From: Eledone cirrhosa
Lineage: Eukaryota
Direction of reading: 5' to 3'
NCBI GenBank assembly: GCA_964016885.1
Contig: OZ024740.1
Coordinates: 15,252,001-15,316,000, forward strand
Length of the DNA stretch: 64,000 nucleotides
Below, in pieces: positions 30,001-45,000 of this stretch. The translations under genes and the position numbers were made by a program. A model generated the notes under the pieces. It did no database searches. It saw only the letters and a list, made by a program, of their open reading frames with translations, and was not told the origin of the DNA. Positions within the stretch are counted from its first letter, which is position 1; each line of letters opens with the position of its first letter.

Positions 30001-33000
30001 TTCATGGCTATATTTCCCACTAAACAGAGGTGTGGAATATAGGATGTTTTAAACCCCTTCAGGGTTATATTTCACACTAAACAGAGGTGTGGAATATAGG
30101 ATGTTTAAAACACCTTCATGGTTATATTTCCCACTAAACAGAGGTGTGAAATATAGGATGCTTTAAACACCTTCATGGTTATATTTCCCACTAAACAGAG
30201 GTGTGAAATATAGGATGTTTTAAACACCTTCATGGTTATATTTCCGACTAAACAGAGGTGTGAAATATAGGATGTTTTAAACACCTTCATGGTTATATGT
30301 CCCACTAAACAGAGGAGTGCAATATTGGATGTTTTAAACCCCTTCATGGTTATATTTCCCACTAAACAGAGGTGTGAAATATAGGATGTTTTAAACCCCT
30401 TCATGGTTATATTTCCCACTAAACAGAGGTGTGCAATATAGGATGTTTTAAACACCTTCATGATTATATTTCCCACTAAACAGAGGTGTGAAATATAGGA
30501 TGTTGTAAACACCTTCATGGTTATATTTCCCACTACACAGAGGTGTGAAATATAGGATGTTGTAAACACCTTCATGATTATATTTCCCACTAAACAGAGG
30601 TGTGAAATATAGAATGTTTTAAATACCTTCATGGTTATATTTCCCAATAAACAGAGGTGTGAAATATAGGATGTTTTAAACAACTTCATGGTTATATTTC
30701 CCACTAAACAGAGGTGTGAAATATAGGATGTTTTAAACACCTTCATGGCTATATTTCCCACTAAACAGAGGTGTGAAATATAGGATGTTTTAAACCCATT
30801 CCTGGTTATATTTCACACTATACAGAGGTGTGGAATATAGGATGTTTAAAACACCTTCATGGTTATATTTCCCACTAAACAGAGGTGTGAAATATAGAAT
30901 GTTTTAAATACCTTCATGATTATATTTCCCAATAATCAGAGGTGTGAAATATAGGATGTTTTAAACACCTTCATGGTTATACTTCCCACTAAACAGAGGT
31001 GTGAAATATAGGATGTTGTAAACACCTTCATGGTTACATTTCCCACTAAACAGAGGTGTGAAATATAGGATGTTTAAAACACCTTCATGGCTATATTTCC
31101 CAATAAACAGAGGTGTGAAATATAGAATGTTTTAAATACCTTCATGGTTATATTTCCCAATAAACAGAGGTGTGAAATATAGGATGTTTTAAACACCTTC
31201 ATGGTTATATTTCCCACTAAACAGAGGTGTGAAATATAGGATGTTTTAAACACCTTCATGGTTATATTTCCCACTAAACAGAGGTGTGAAATATAGGATG
31301 TTTTAAACCCCTTCATGGTTATATTTCCCACTACACAGAGGTGTGAAATATAGGATGTTGTAAACACCTTCATGATTATATTTCCCACTAAACAGAGGTG
31401 TGAAATATAGAATGTTTTAAATACCTTCATGGTTATATTTCCCAATATACAGAGGTGTGAAATATAGAATGTTTTAAACACCTTCATGGTTATATTTCCC
31501 ACTAAACAGAGGTGTGAAATATAGGATGTTTTAAACACCTTCATGGTTACATTTCCCACTAAACAGAGGTGTGAAATATAGGATGTTTAAAACACCTTCA
31601 TGGCTATATTTCCCAATAAACAGAGGTGTGAAATATAGAATGTTTTAAATACCTTCATGGTTATATTTCCCAATAAACAGAGGTGTGAAATATAGGATGT
31701 TTTAAACACATTCATTGTTATATTTCCCACTAAACAGAGGTGTGCAATATAGGATGTTTTAAACACCTTCATGATTATATTTCCCGGTAAACAGAGGTGT
31801 GAAATATAGGATGTTGTAAACACCTTCATGGTTATATTTACCACTACACAGAGGTGTGAAATATAGGATGTTGTAAACACCTTCATGATTATATTTCCCA
31901 CTAAACAGAGGTGTGAAATATAGAATGTTTTAAATATATTCATGGTTATATTTCCCAATAAACAGAGGTGTGAAATATAGGATGTTTTAAACACCTTCAT
32001 GGTTATATTTCCCACTAAACAGAGGTGTGAAATATAGGATGTTTTAAATACCTTAATGGTTATATTTCCCACTAAACAGAGGTGTGAAATATAGGATGTT
32101 TTAAACACCTTCATGGTTATATTTCCCACTAAACAGATGTGTGAAATATAGGATGTTTTAAACACCTTCATGTTTATATTTCCCACTAAACAGAGGTGTG
32201 AAATATAGGATGTTTTAAATACCTTCATGGTTATATTTCCCACTAAACAGAGGTGTGCAATATAGGATGTTTTAAACACCTTCATGGTTATATTTCCCAC
32301 TAAATAGAGGTGTGAAATATAGGATGTTTTAAACACCTTCATGGCTATATTTCCCACTAAACAGAGGTGTGAAATATAGGATGTTTTAAACACCTTCATG
32401 GTTATATTTCCCACTAAACTGAGGTGTAAAATATCGGATGTTTTAAACACCTTCATGGTTAAATTTCCCACTAAACAGAGGTGTGAAATATAGGATGCTT
32501 TAAACACCTTCATGGCTATATTTCCCACTAAACAGAGGTGTGAAATATAGGATGCTTTAAACACCTTCATGGTTATATTTCCCACTAAACGGAGGTGTGA
32601 AATATAGGATGTCTTAACACCTTCATAGTTATATTTCCCACTAAAGAGTGGTGTGAAATATAGGATGTTTTAAACACCTTCATGGTTATATTTCCGACAA
32701 AACAGAGGTGTCAAATATAGGATGTTTTAAACCCCTTCATGGTTATATTTCCCACTAAACAGAGGTGTGCAATATAGGATGTTTTAAACACCTTCATGAT
32801 TATATTTCCCACTAAACAGAGGTGTGAAATATAGGATGTTTTAAACACCTTCATGGCTATATTTCCCACTAAACAGAGGTGTGGAATATAGGATGTTTTA
32901 AACCCCTTCAGGGTTATATTTCACACTAAACAGAGGTGTGGAATATAGGATGTTTAAAACACCTTCATGGTTATATTTCCCACTAAACAGAGGTGTGAAA

Positions 33001-36000
33001 TATAGGATGCTTTAAACACCTTCATGGTTATATTTCCCACTAAACAGAGGTGTGAAATATAGGATGTTTTAAACACCTTCATGGTTATATTTCCGACTAA
33101 ACAGAGGTGTGAAATATAGGATGTTTTAAACACCTTCATGGTTATATGTCCCACTAAACAGAGGAGTGCAATATTGGATGTTTTAAACCCCTTCATGGTT
33201 ATATTTCCCACTAAACAGAGGTGTGAAATATAGGATGTTTTAAACCCCTTCATGGTTATATTTCCCACTAAACAGAGGTGTGCAATATAGGATGTTTTAA
33301 ACACCTTCATGATTATATTTCCCACTAAACAGAGGTGTGAAATATAGGATGTTGTAAACACCTTCATGGTTATATTTCCCACTACACAGAGGTGTGAAAT
33401 ATAGGATGTTGTAAACACCTTCATGATTATATTTCCCACTAAACAGAGGTGTGAAATATAGAATGTTTTAAATACCTTCATGGTTATATTTCCCAATAAA
33501 CAGAGGTGTGAAATATAGGATGTTTTAAACAACTTCATGGTTATATTTCCCACTAAACAGAGGTGTGAAATATAGGATGTTTTAAACACCTTCATGGCTA
33601 TATTTCCCACTAAACAGAGGTGTGAAATATAGGATGTTTTAAACCCATTCCTGGTTATATTTCACACTATACAGAGGTGTGGAATATAGGATGTTTAAAA
33701 CACCTTCATGGTTATATTTCCCACTAAACAGAGGTGTGAAATATAGAATGTTTTAAATACCTTCATGATTATATTTCCCAATAATCAGAGGTGTGAAATA
33801 TAGGATGTTTTAAACACCTTCATGTTTATACTTCCCACTAAACAGAGGTGTGAAATATAGGATGTTGTAAACACCTTCATGGTTACATTTCCCACTAAAC
33901 AGAGGTGTGAAATATAGGATGTTTAAAACACCTTCATGGCTATATTTCCCAATAAACAGAGGTGTGAAATATAGAATGTTTTAAATACCTTCATGGTTAT
34001 ATTTCCCAATAAACAGAGGTGTGAAATATAGGATGTTTTAAACACCTTCATGGTTATATTTCCCACTAAACAGAGGTGTGAAATATAGGATGTTTTAAAC
34101 ACCTTCATGGTTATATTTCCCACTAAACAGAGGTGTGAAATATAGGATGTTTTAAACCCCTTCATGGTTATATTTCCCACTACACAGAGGTGTGAAATAT
34201 AGGATGTTGTAAACACCTTCATGATTATATTTCCCACTAAACAGAGGTGTGAAATATAGAATGTTTTAAATACCTTCATGGTTATATTTCCCAATAAACA
34301 GAGGTGTGAAATATAGAATGTTTTAAACACCTTCATGGTTATATTTCCCACTAAACAGAGGTGTGAAATATAGGATGTTGTAAACACCTTCATGGTTATA
34401 TTTCCCACTACACAGAGGTGTGAAATATAGGATGTTGTTAACACCTTCATGATTATATTTCCCACTAAACAGAGGTGTGAAATATAGAATGTTTTAAATA
34501 CCTTCATGGTTATATTTACCAATAAACAGAGGTGTGAAATATAGTTTTTTTTAAACAACTTCATGGTTATATTTCCCACTAAACAGAGGTGTGAAATATA
34601 GGATGTTTTAAACACCTTCATGGTTATGTTTCCCACTAAACAGAGGTGTCAAATATAGGATGTTTTAAACCCCTTCATGGTTATATTTCCCACTAAACAG
34701 AGGTGTGCAATATAGGATGTTTTAAACACCTTCATGATTATATTTCCCACTAAACAGAGGTGTGAAATATAGGATGTTTTAAACACCTTCATGGCTATAT
34801 TTCCCACTAAACAGAGGTGTGGAATATAGGATGTTTTAAACCCCTTCAGGGTTATATTTCACACTAAACAGAGGTGTGGAATATAGGATGTTTAAAACAC
34901 CTTCATGGTTATATTTCCCACTAAACAGAGGTGTGAAATATAGGATGCTTTAAACACCTTCATGGTTATATTTCCCACTAAACAGAGGTGTGAAATATAG
35001 GATGTTTTAAACACCTTCATGGTTATATTTCCGACTAAACAGAGGTGTGAAATATAGGATGTTTTAAACACCTTCATGGTTATATGTCCCACTAAACAGA
35101 GGAGTGCAATATTGGATGTTTTAAACCCCTTCATGGTTATATTTCCCACTAAACAGAGGTGTGAAATATAGGATGTTTTAAACCCCTTCATGGTTATATT
35201 TCCCACTAAACAGAGGTGTGCAATATAGGATGTTTTAAACACCTTCATGATTATATTTCCCACTAAACAGAGGTGTGAAATATAGGATGTTGTAAACACC
35301 TTCATGGTTATATTTCCCACTACACAGAGGTGTGAAATATAGGATGTTGTAAACACCTTCATGATTATATTTCCCACTAAACAGAGGTGTGAAATATAGA
35401 ATGTTTTAAATACCTTCATGGTTATATTTCCCAATAAACAGAGGTGTGAAATATAGGATGTTTTAAACAACTTCATGGTTATATTTCCCACTAAACAGAG
35501 GTGTGAAATATAGGATGTTTTAAACACCTTCATGGCTATATTTCCCACTAAACAGAGGTGTGAAATATAGGATGTTTTAAACCCATTCCTGGTTATATTT
35601 CACACTATACAGAGGTGTGGAATATAGGATGTTTAAAACACCTTCATGGTTATATTTCCCACTAAACAGAGGTGTGAAATATAGAATGTTTTAAATACCT
35701 TCATGATTATATTTCCCAATAATCAGAGGTGTGAAATATAGGATGTTTTAAACACCTTCATGGTTATACTTCCCACTAAACAGAGGTGTGAAATATAGGA
35801 TGTTGTAAACACCTTCATGGTTACATTTCCCACTAAACAGAGGTGTGAAATATAGGATGTTTAAAACACCTTCATGGCTATATTTCCCAATAAACAGAGG
35901 TGTGAAATATAGGATGTTTTAAACACCTTCATGGTTATATTTCCCACTAAACAGAGGTGTGAAATATAGGATGTTTTAAACACCTTCATGGTTATATTTC

Positions 36001-39000
36001 CCACTAAACAGAGGTGTGAAATATAGGATGTTTTAAACCCCTTCATGGTTATATTTCCCACTACACAGAGGTGTGAAATATAGGATGTTGTAAACACCTT
36101 CATGATTATATTTCCCACTAAACAGAGGTGTGAAATATAGAATGTTTTAAATACCTTCATGGTTATATTTCCCAATATACAGAGGTGTGAAATATAGAAT
36201 GTTTTAAACACCTTCATGGTTATATTTCCCACTAAACAGAGGTGTGAAATATAGGATGTTTTAAACACCTTCATGGTTACATTTCCCACTAAACAGAGGT
36301 GTGAAATATAGGATGTTTAAAACACCTTCATGGCTATATTTCCCAATAAACAGAGGTGTGAAATATAGAATGTTTTAAATACCTTCATGGTTATATTTCC
36401 CAATAAACAGAGGTGTGAAATATAGGATGTTTTAAACACATTCATGGTTATATTTCCCACTAAACAGAGGTGTGCAATATAGGATGTTTTAAACACCTTC
36501 ATGATTATATTTCCCGCTAAACAGAGGTGTGAAATATAGGATGTTGTAAACACCTTCATGGTTATATTTACCACTACACAGAGGTGTGAAATATAGGATG
36601 TTGTAAACACCTTCATGATTATATTTCCCACTAAACAGAGGTGTGAAATATAGAATGTTTTAAATATATTCATGGTTATATTTCCCAATAAACAGAGGTG
36701 TGAAATATAGGATGTTTTAAACACCTTCATGGTTATATTTCCCACTAAACAGAGGTGTGAAATATAGGATGTTTTAAATACCTTAATGGTTATATTTCCC
36801 ACTAAACAGAGGTGTGAAATATAGGATGTTTTAAACACCTTCATGGTTATATTTCCCACTAAACAGATGTGTGAAATATAGGATGTTTTAAACACCTTCA
36901 TGTTTATATTTCCCACTAAACAGAGGTGTGAAATATAGGATGTTTTAAATACCTTCATGGTTATATTTCCCACTAAACAGAGGTGTGCAATATAGGATGT
37001 TTTAAACACCTTCATGGTTATATTTCCCACTAAATAGAGGTGTGAAATATAGGATGTTTTAAACACCTTCATGGCTATATTTCCCACTAAACAGAGGTGT
37101 GAAATATAGGATGTTTTAAACACCTTCATGGTTATATTTCCCACTAAACTGAGGTGTAAAATATCGGATGTTTTAAACACCTTCATGGTTAAATTTCCCA
37201 CTAAACAGAGGTGTGAAATATAGGATGCTTTAAACACCTTCATGGCTATATTTCCCACTAAACAGAGGTGTGAAATATAGGATGCTTTAAACACCTTCAT
37301 GGTTATATTTCCCACTAAACGGAGGTGTGAAATATAGGATGTCTTAACACCTTCATAGTTATATTTCCCACTAAAGAGTGGTGTGAAATATAGGATGTTT
37401 TAAACACCTTCATGGTTATATTTCCGACAAAACAGAGGTGTCAAATATAGGATGTTTTAAACCCCTTCATGGTTATATTTCCCACTAAACAGAGGTGTGC
37501 AATATAGGATGTTTTAAACACCTTCATGATTATATTTCCCACTAAACAGAGGTGTGAAATATAGGATGTTTTAAACACCTTCATGGCTATATTTCCCACT
37601 AAACAGAGGTGTGGAATATAGGATGTTTTAAACCCCTTCAGGGTTATATTTCACACTAAACAGAGGTGTGGAATATAGGATGTTTAAAACACCTTCATGG
37701 TTATATTTCCCACTAAACAGAGGTGTGAAATATAGGATGCTTTAAACACCTTCATGGTTATATTTCCCACTAAACAGAGGTGTGAAATATAGGATGTTTT
37801 AAACACCTTCATGGTTATATTTCCGACTAAACAGAGGTGTGAAATATAGGATGTTTTAAACACCTTCATGGTTATATGTCCCACTAAACAGAGGAGTGCA
37901 ATATTGGATGTTTTAAACCCCTTCATGGTTATATTTCCCACTAAACAGAGGTGTGAAATATAGGATGTTTTAAACCCCTTCATGGTTATATTTCCCACTA
38001 AACAGAGGTGTGCAATATAGGATGTTTTAAACACCTTCATGATTATATTTCCCACTAAACAGAGGTGTGAAATATAGGATGTTGTAAACACCTTCATGGT
38101 TATATTTCCCACTACACAGAGGTGTGAAATATAGGATGTTGTAAACACCTTCATGATTATATTTCCCACTAAACAGAGGTGTGAAATATAGAATGTTTTA
38201 AATACCTTCATGGTTATATTTCCCAATAAACAGAGGTGTGAAATATAGGATGTTTTAAACAACTTCATGGTTATATTTCCCACTAAACAGAGGTGTGAAA
38301 TATAGGATGTTTTAAACACCTTCATGGCTATATTTCCCACTAAACAGAGGTGTGAAATATAGGATGTTTTAAACCCATTCCTGGTTATATTTCACACTAT
38401 ACAGAGGTGTGGAATATAGGATGTTTAAAACACCTTCATGGTTATATTTCCCACTAAACAGAGGTGTGAAATATAGAATGTTTTAAATACCTTCATGATT
38501 ATATTTCCCAATAATCAGAGGTGTGAAATATAGGATGTTTTAAACACCTTCATGGTTATACTTCCCACTAAACAGAGGTGTGAAATATAGGATGTTGTAA
38601 ACACCTTCATGGTTACATTTCCCACTAAACAGAGGTGTGAAATATAGGATGTTTAAAACACCTTCATGGCTATATTTCCCAATAAACAGAGGTGTGAAAT
38701 ATAGAATGTTTTAAATAACTTCATGGTTATATTTCCCAATAAACAGAGGTGTGAAATATAGGATGTTTTAAACACCTTCATGGTTATATTTCCCACTAAA
38801 CAGAGGTGTGAAATATAGGATGTTTTAAACACCTTCATGGTTATATTTCCCACTAAACAGAGGTGTGAAATATAGGATGTTTTAAACCCCTTCATGGTTA
38901 TATTTCCCACTACACAGAGGTGTGAAATATAGGATGTTGTAAACACCTTCATGATTATATTTCCCACTAAACAGAGGTGTGAAATATAGAATGTTTTAAA

Positions 39001-42000
39001 TACCTTCATGGTTATATTTCCCAATAAACAGAGGTGTGAAATATAGAATGTTTTAAACACCTTCATGGTTATATTTCCCACTAAACAGAGGTGTGAAATA
39101 TAGGATGTTTTAAACACCTTCATGGTTACATTTCCCACTAAACAGAGGTGTGAAATATAGGATGTTTAAAACACCTTCATGGCTATATTTCCCAATAAAC
39201 AGAGGTGTGAAATATAGAATGTTTTAAATACCTTCATGGTTATATTTCCCAATAAACAGAGGTGTGAAATATAGGATGTTTTAAACACATTCATGGTTAT
39301 ATTTCCCACTAAACAGAGGTGTGCAATATAGGATGTTTTAAACACCTTCATGATTATATTTCCCGCTAAACAGAGGTGTGAAATATAGGATGTTGTAAAC
39401 ACCTTCATGGTTATATTTACCACTACACAGAGGTGTGAAATATAGGATGTTGTAAACACCTTCATGATTATATTTCCCACTAAACAGAGGTGTGAAATAT
39501 AGAATGTTTTAAATATATTCATGGTTATATTTCCCAATAAACAGAGGTGTGAAATATAGGATGTTTTAAACACCTTCATGGTTATATTTCCCACTAAACA
39601 GAGGTGTGAAATATAGGATGTTTTAAATACCTTAATGGTTATATTTCCCACTAAACAGAGGTGTGAAATATAGGATGTTTTAAACACCTTCATGGTTATA
39701 TTTCCCACTAAACAGATGTGTGAAATATAGGATGTTTTAAACACCTTCATGTTTATATTTCCCACTAAACAGAGGTGTGAAATATAGGATGTTTTAAATA
39801 CCTTCATGGTTATATTTCCCACTAAACAGAGGTGTGCAATATAGGATGTTTTAAACACCTTCATGGTTATATTTCCCACTAAATAGAGGTGTGAAATATA
39901 GGATGTTTTAAACACCTTCATGGCTATATTTCCCACTAAACAGAGGTGTGAAATATAGGATGTTTTAAACACCTTCATGGTTATATTTCCCACTAAACTG
40001 AGGTGTAAAATATCGGATGTTTTAAACACCTTCATGGTTAAATTTCCCACTAAACAGAGGTGTGAAATATAGGATGCTTTAAACACCTTCATGGCTATAT
40101 TTCCCACTAAACAGAGGTGTGAAATATAGGATGCTTTAAACACCTTCATGGTTATATTTCCCACTAAACGGAGGTGTGAAATATAGGATGTCTTAACACC
40201 TTCATAGTTATATTTCCCACTAAAGAGTGGTGTGAAATATAGGATGTTTTAAACACCTTCATGGTTATATTTCCGACAAAACAGAGGTGTGAAATATAGG
40301 ATGTTTTAAACACCTTCATGGTTATATTTCCCACTAAACAGAGGTGTGAAATATAGGATGTTTTAAACACCTTCATGGTTATATTTCCCACTAAACAGAG
40401 GTTTGCAATATAGGATGTTTTAAACCGCTTCATGGTTATATTTCCCACTAAACAGAGGTGTGCAATATAGGATGTTTTAAACACCTTCATGTTTATATTT
40501 CCCACTAAACAGAGGTGTGAAATATAGGATGTTGTAAACACCTTCATGGTTATATTTCCCACTAAACAGAGGTGTGAAATATAGAATGTTTTAAATACCT
40601 TCATGATTATATTTCCCAATAATCAGAGGTGTGAAATATAGGATGTTTTAAACACCTTCATGGTTATACTTCCCACTAAACAGAGGTGTGAAATATAGGA
40701 TGTTGTAAACACCTTCATGGTTACATTTCCCACTAAACAGAGGTGTGAAATATAGGATGTTTAAAACACCTTCATGGCTATATTTCCCAATAAACAGAGG
40801 TGTGAAATATAGAATGTTTTAAATACCTTCATGGTTATATTTCCCAATAAACAGAGGTGTGAAATATAGGATGTTTTAAACACCTTCATGGTTATATTTC
40901 CCACTAAACAGAGGTGTGAAATATAGGATGTTTTAAACACCTTCATGGTTATATTTCCCACTAAACAGAGGTGTGAAATATAGGATGTTTTAAACCCCTT
41001 CATGGTTATATTTCCCACTACACAGAGGTGTGAAATATAGGATGTTGTAAACACCTTCATGATTATATTTCCCACTAAACAGAGGTGTGAAATATAGAAT
41101 GTTTTAAATACCTTCATGGTTATATTTCCCAATAAACAGAGGTGTGAAATATAGAATGTTTTAAACACCTTCATGGTTATATTTCCCACTAAACAGAGGT
41201 GTGAAATATAGGATGTTGTAAACACCTTCATGGTTATATTTCCCACTACACAGAGGTGTGAAATATAGGATGTTGTTAACACCTTCATGATTATATTTCC
41301 CACTAAACAGAGGTGTGAAATATAGAATGTTTTAAATACCTTCATGGTTATATTTACCAATAAACAGAGGTGTGAAATATAGTTTTTTTTAAACAACTTC
41401 ATGGTTATATTTCCCACTAAACAGAGGTGTGAAATATAGGATGTTTTAAACACCTTCATGGTTATGTTTCCCACTAAACAGAGGTGTCAAATATAGGATG
41501 TTTTAAACCCCTTCATGGTTATATTTCCCACTAAACAGAGGTGTGCAATATAGGATGTTTTAAACACCTTCATGATTATATTTCCCACTAAACAGAGGTG
41601 TGAAATATAGGATGTTTTAAACACCTTCATGGCTATATTTCCCACTAAACAGAGGTGTGGAATATAGGATGTTTTAAACCCCTTCAGGGTTATATTTCAC
41701 ACTAAACAGAGGTGTGGAATATAGGATGTTTAAAACACCTTCATGGTTATATTTCCCACTAAACAGAGGTGTGAAATATAGGATGCTTTAAACACCTTCA
41801 TGGTTATATTTCCCACTAAACAGAGGTGTGAAATATAGGATGTTTTAAACACCTTCATGGTTATATTTCCGACTAAACAGAGGTGTGAAATATAGGATGT
41901 TTTAAACACCTTCATGGTTATATGTCCCACTAAACAGAGGAGTGCAATATTGGATGTTTTAAACCCCTTCATGGTTATATTTCCCACTAAACAGAGGTGT

Positions 42001-45000
42001 GAAATATAGGATGTTTTAAACCCCTTCATGGTTATATTTCCCACTAAACAGAGGTGTGCAATATAGGATGTTTTAAACACCTTCATGATTATATTTCCCA
42101 CTAAACAGAGGTGTGAAATATAGGATGTTGTAAACACCTTCATGGTTATATTTCCCACTACACAGAGGTGTGAAATATAGGATGTTGTAAACACCTTCAT
42201 GATTATATTTCCCACTAAACAGAGGTGTGAAATATAGAATGTTTTAAATACCTTCATGGTTATATTTCCCAATAAACAGAGGTGTGAAATATAGGATGTT
42301 TTAAACAACTTCATGGTTATATTTCCCACTAAACAGAGGTGTGAAATATAGGATGTTTTAAACACCTTCATGGCTATATTTCCCACTAAACAGAGGTGTG
42401 AAATATAGGATGTTTTAAACCCATTCCTGGTTATATTTCACACTATACAGAGGTGTGGAATATAGGATGTTTAAAACACCTTCATGGTTATATTTCCCAC
42501 TAAACAGAGGTGTGAAATATAGAATGTTTTAAATACCTTCATGATTATATTTCCCAATAATCAGAGGTGTGAAATATAGGATGTTTTAAACACCTTCATG
42601 GTTATACTTCCCACTAAACAGAGGTGTGAAATATAGGATGTTGTAAACACCTTCATGGTTACATTTCCCACTAAACAGAGGTGTGAAATATAGGATGTTT
42701 AAAACACCTTCATGGCTATATTTCCCAATAAACAGAGGTGTGAAATATAGAATGTTTTAAATACCTTCATGGTTATATTTCCCAATAAACAGAGGTGTGA
42801 AATATAGGATGTTTTAAACACCTTCATGGTTATATTTCCCACTAAACAGAGGTGTGAAATATAGGATGTTTTAAACACCTTCATGGTTATATTTCCCACT
42901 AAACAGAGGTGTGAAATATAGGATGTTTTAAACCCCTTCATGGTTATATTTCCCACTACACAGAGGTGTGAAATATAGGATGTTGTAAACACCTTCATGA
43001 TTATATTTCCCACTAAACAGAGGTGTGAAATATAGAATGTTTTAAATACCTTCATGGTTATATTTCCCAATAAACAGAGGTGTGAAATATAGAATGTTTT
43101 AAACACCTTCATGGTTATATTTCCCACTAAACAGAGGTGTGAAATATAGGATGTTTTAAACACCTTCATGGTTACATTTCCCACTAAACAGAGGTGTGAA
43201 ATATAGGATGTTTAAAACACCTTCATGGCTATATTTCCCAATAAACAGAGGTGTGAAATATAGAATGTTTTAAATACCTTCATGGTTATATTTCCCAATA
43301 AACAGAGGTGTGAAATATAGGATGTTTTAAACACATTCATGGTTATATTTCCCACTAAACAGAGGTGTGCAATATAGGATGTTTTAAACACCTTCATGAT
43401 TATATTTCCCGCTAAACAGAGGTGTGAAATATAGGATGTTGTAAACACCTTCATGGTTATATTTACCACTACACAGAGGTGTGAAATATAGGATGTTGTA
43501 AACACCTTCATGATTATATTTCCCACTAAACAGAGGTGTGAAATATAGAATGTTTTAAATATATTCATGGTTATATTTCCCAATAAACAGAGGTGTGAAA
43601 TATAGGATGTTTTAAACACCTTCATGGTTATATTTCCCACTAAACAGAGGTGTGAAATATAGGATGTTTTAAATACCTTAATGGTTATATTTCCCACTAA
43701 ACAGAGGTGTGAAATATAGGATGTTTTAAACACCTTCATGGTTATATTTCCCACTAAACAGATGTGTGAAATATAGGATGTTTTAAACACCTTCATGTTT
43801 ATATTTCCCACTAAACAGAGGTGTGAAATATAGGATGTTTTAAATACCTTCATGGTTATATTTCCCACTAAACAGAGGTGTGCAATATAGGATGTTTTAA
43901 ACACCTTCATGGTTATATTTCCCACTAAATAGAGGTGTGAAATATAGGATGTTTTAAACACCTTCATGGCTATATTTCCCACTAAACAGAGGTGTGAAAT
44001 ATAGGATGTTTTAAACACCTTCATGGTTATATTTCCCACTAAACTGAGGTGTAAAATATCGGATGTTTTAAACACCTTCATGGTTAAATTTCCCACTAAA
44101 CAGAGGTGTGAAATATAGGATGCTTTAAACACCTTCATGGCTATATTTCCCACTAAACAGAGGTGTGAAATATAGGATGCTTTAAACACCTTCATGGTTA
44201 TATTTCCCACTAAACGGAGGTGTGAAATATAGGATGTCTTAACACCTTCATAGTTATATTTCCCACTAAAGAGTGGTGTGAAATATAGGATGTTTTAAAC
44301 ACCTTCATGGTTATATTTCCGACAAAACAGAGGTGTCAAATATAGGATGTTTTAAACCCCTTCATGGTTATATTTCCCACTAAACAGAGGTGTGCAATAT
44401 AGGATGTTTTAAACACCTTCATGATTATATTTCCCACTAAACAGAGGTGTGAAATATAGGATGTTTTAAACACCTTCATGGCTATATTTCCCACTAAACA
44501 GAGGTGTGGAATATAGGATGTTTTAAACCCCTTCAGGGTTATATTTCACACTAAACAGAGGTGTGGAATATAGGATGTTTAAAACACCTTCATGGTTATA
44601 TTTCCCACTAAACAGAGGTGTGAAATATAGGATGCTTTAAACACCTTCATGGTTATATTTCCCACTAAACAGAGGTGTGAAATATAGGATGTTTTAAACA
44701 CCTTCATGGTTATATTTCCGACTAAACAGAGGTGTGAAATATAGGATGTTTTAAACACCTTCATGGTTATATGTCCCACTAAACAGAGGAGTGCAATATT
44801 GGATGTTTTAAACCCCTTCATGGTTATATTTCCCACTAAACAGAGGTGTGAAATATAGGATGTTTTAAACCCCTTCATGGTTATATTTCCCACTAAACAG
44901 AGGTGTGCAATATAGGATGTTTTAAACACCTTCATGATTATATTTCCCACTAAACAGAGGTGTGAAATATAGGATGTTGTAAACACCTTCATGGTTATAT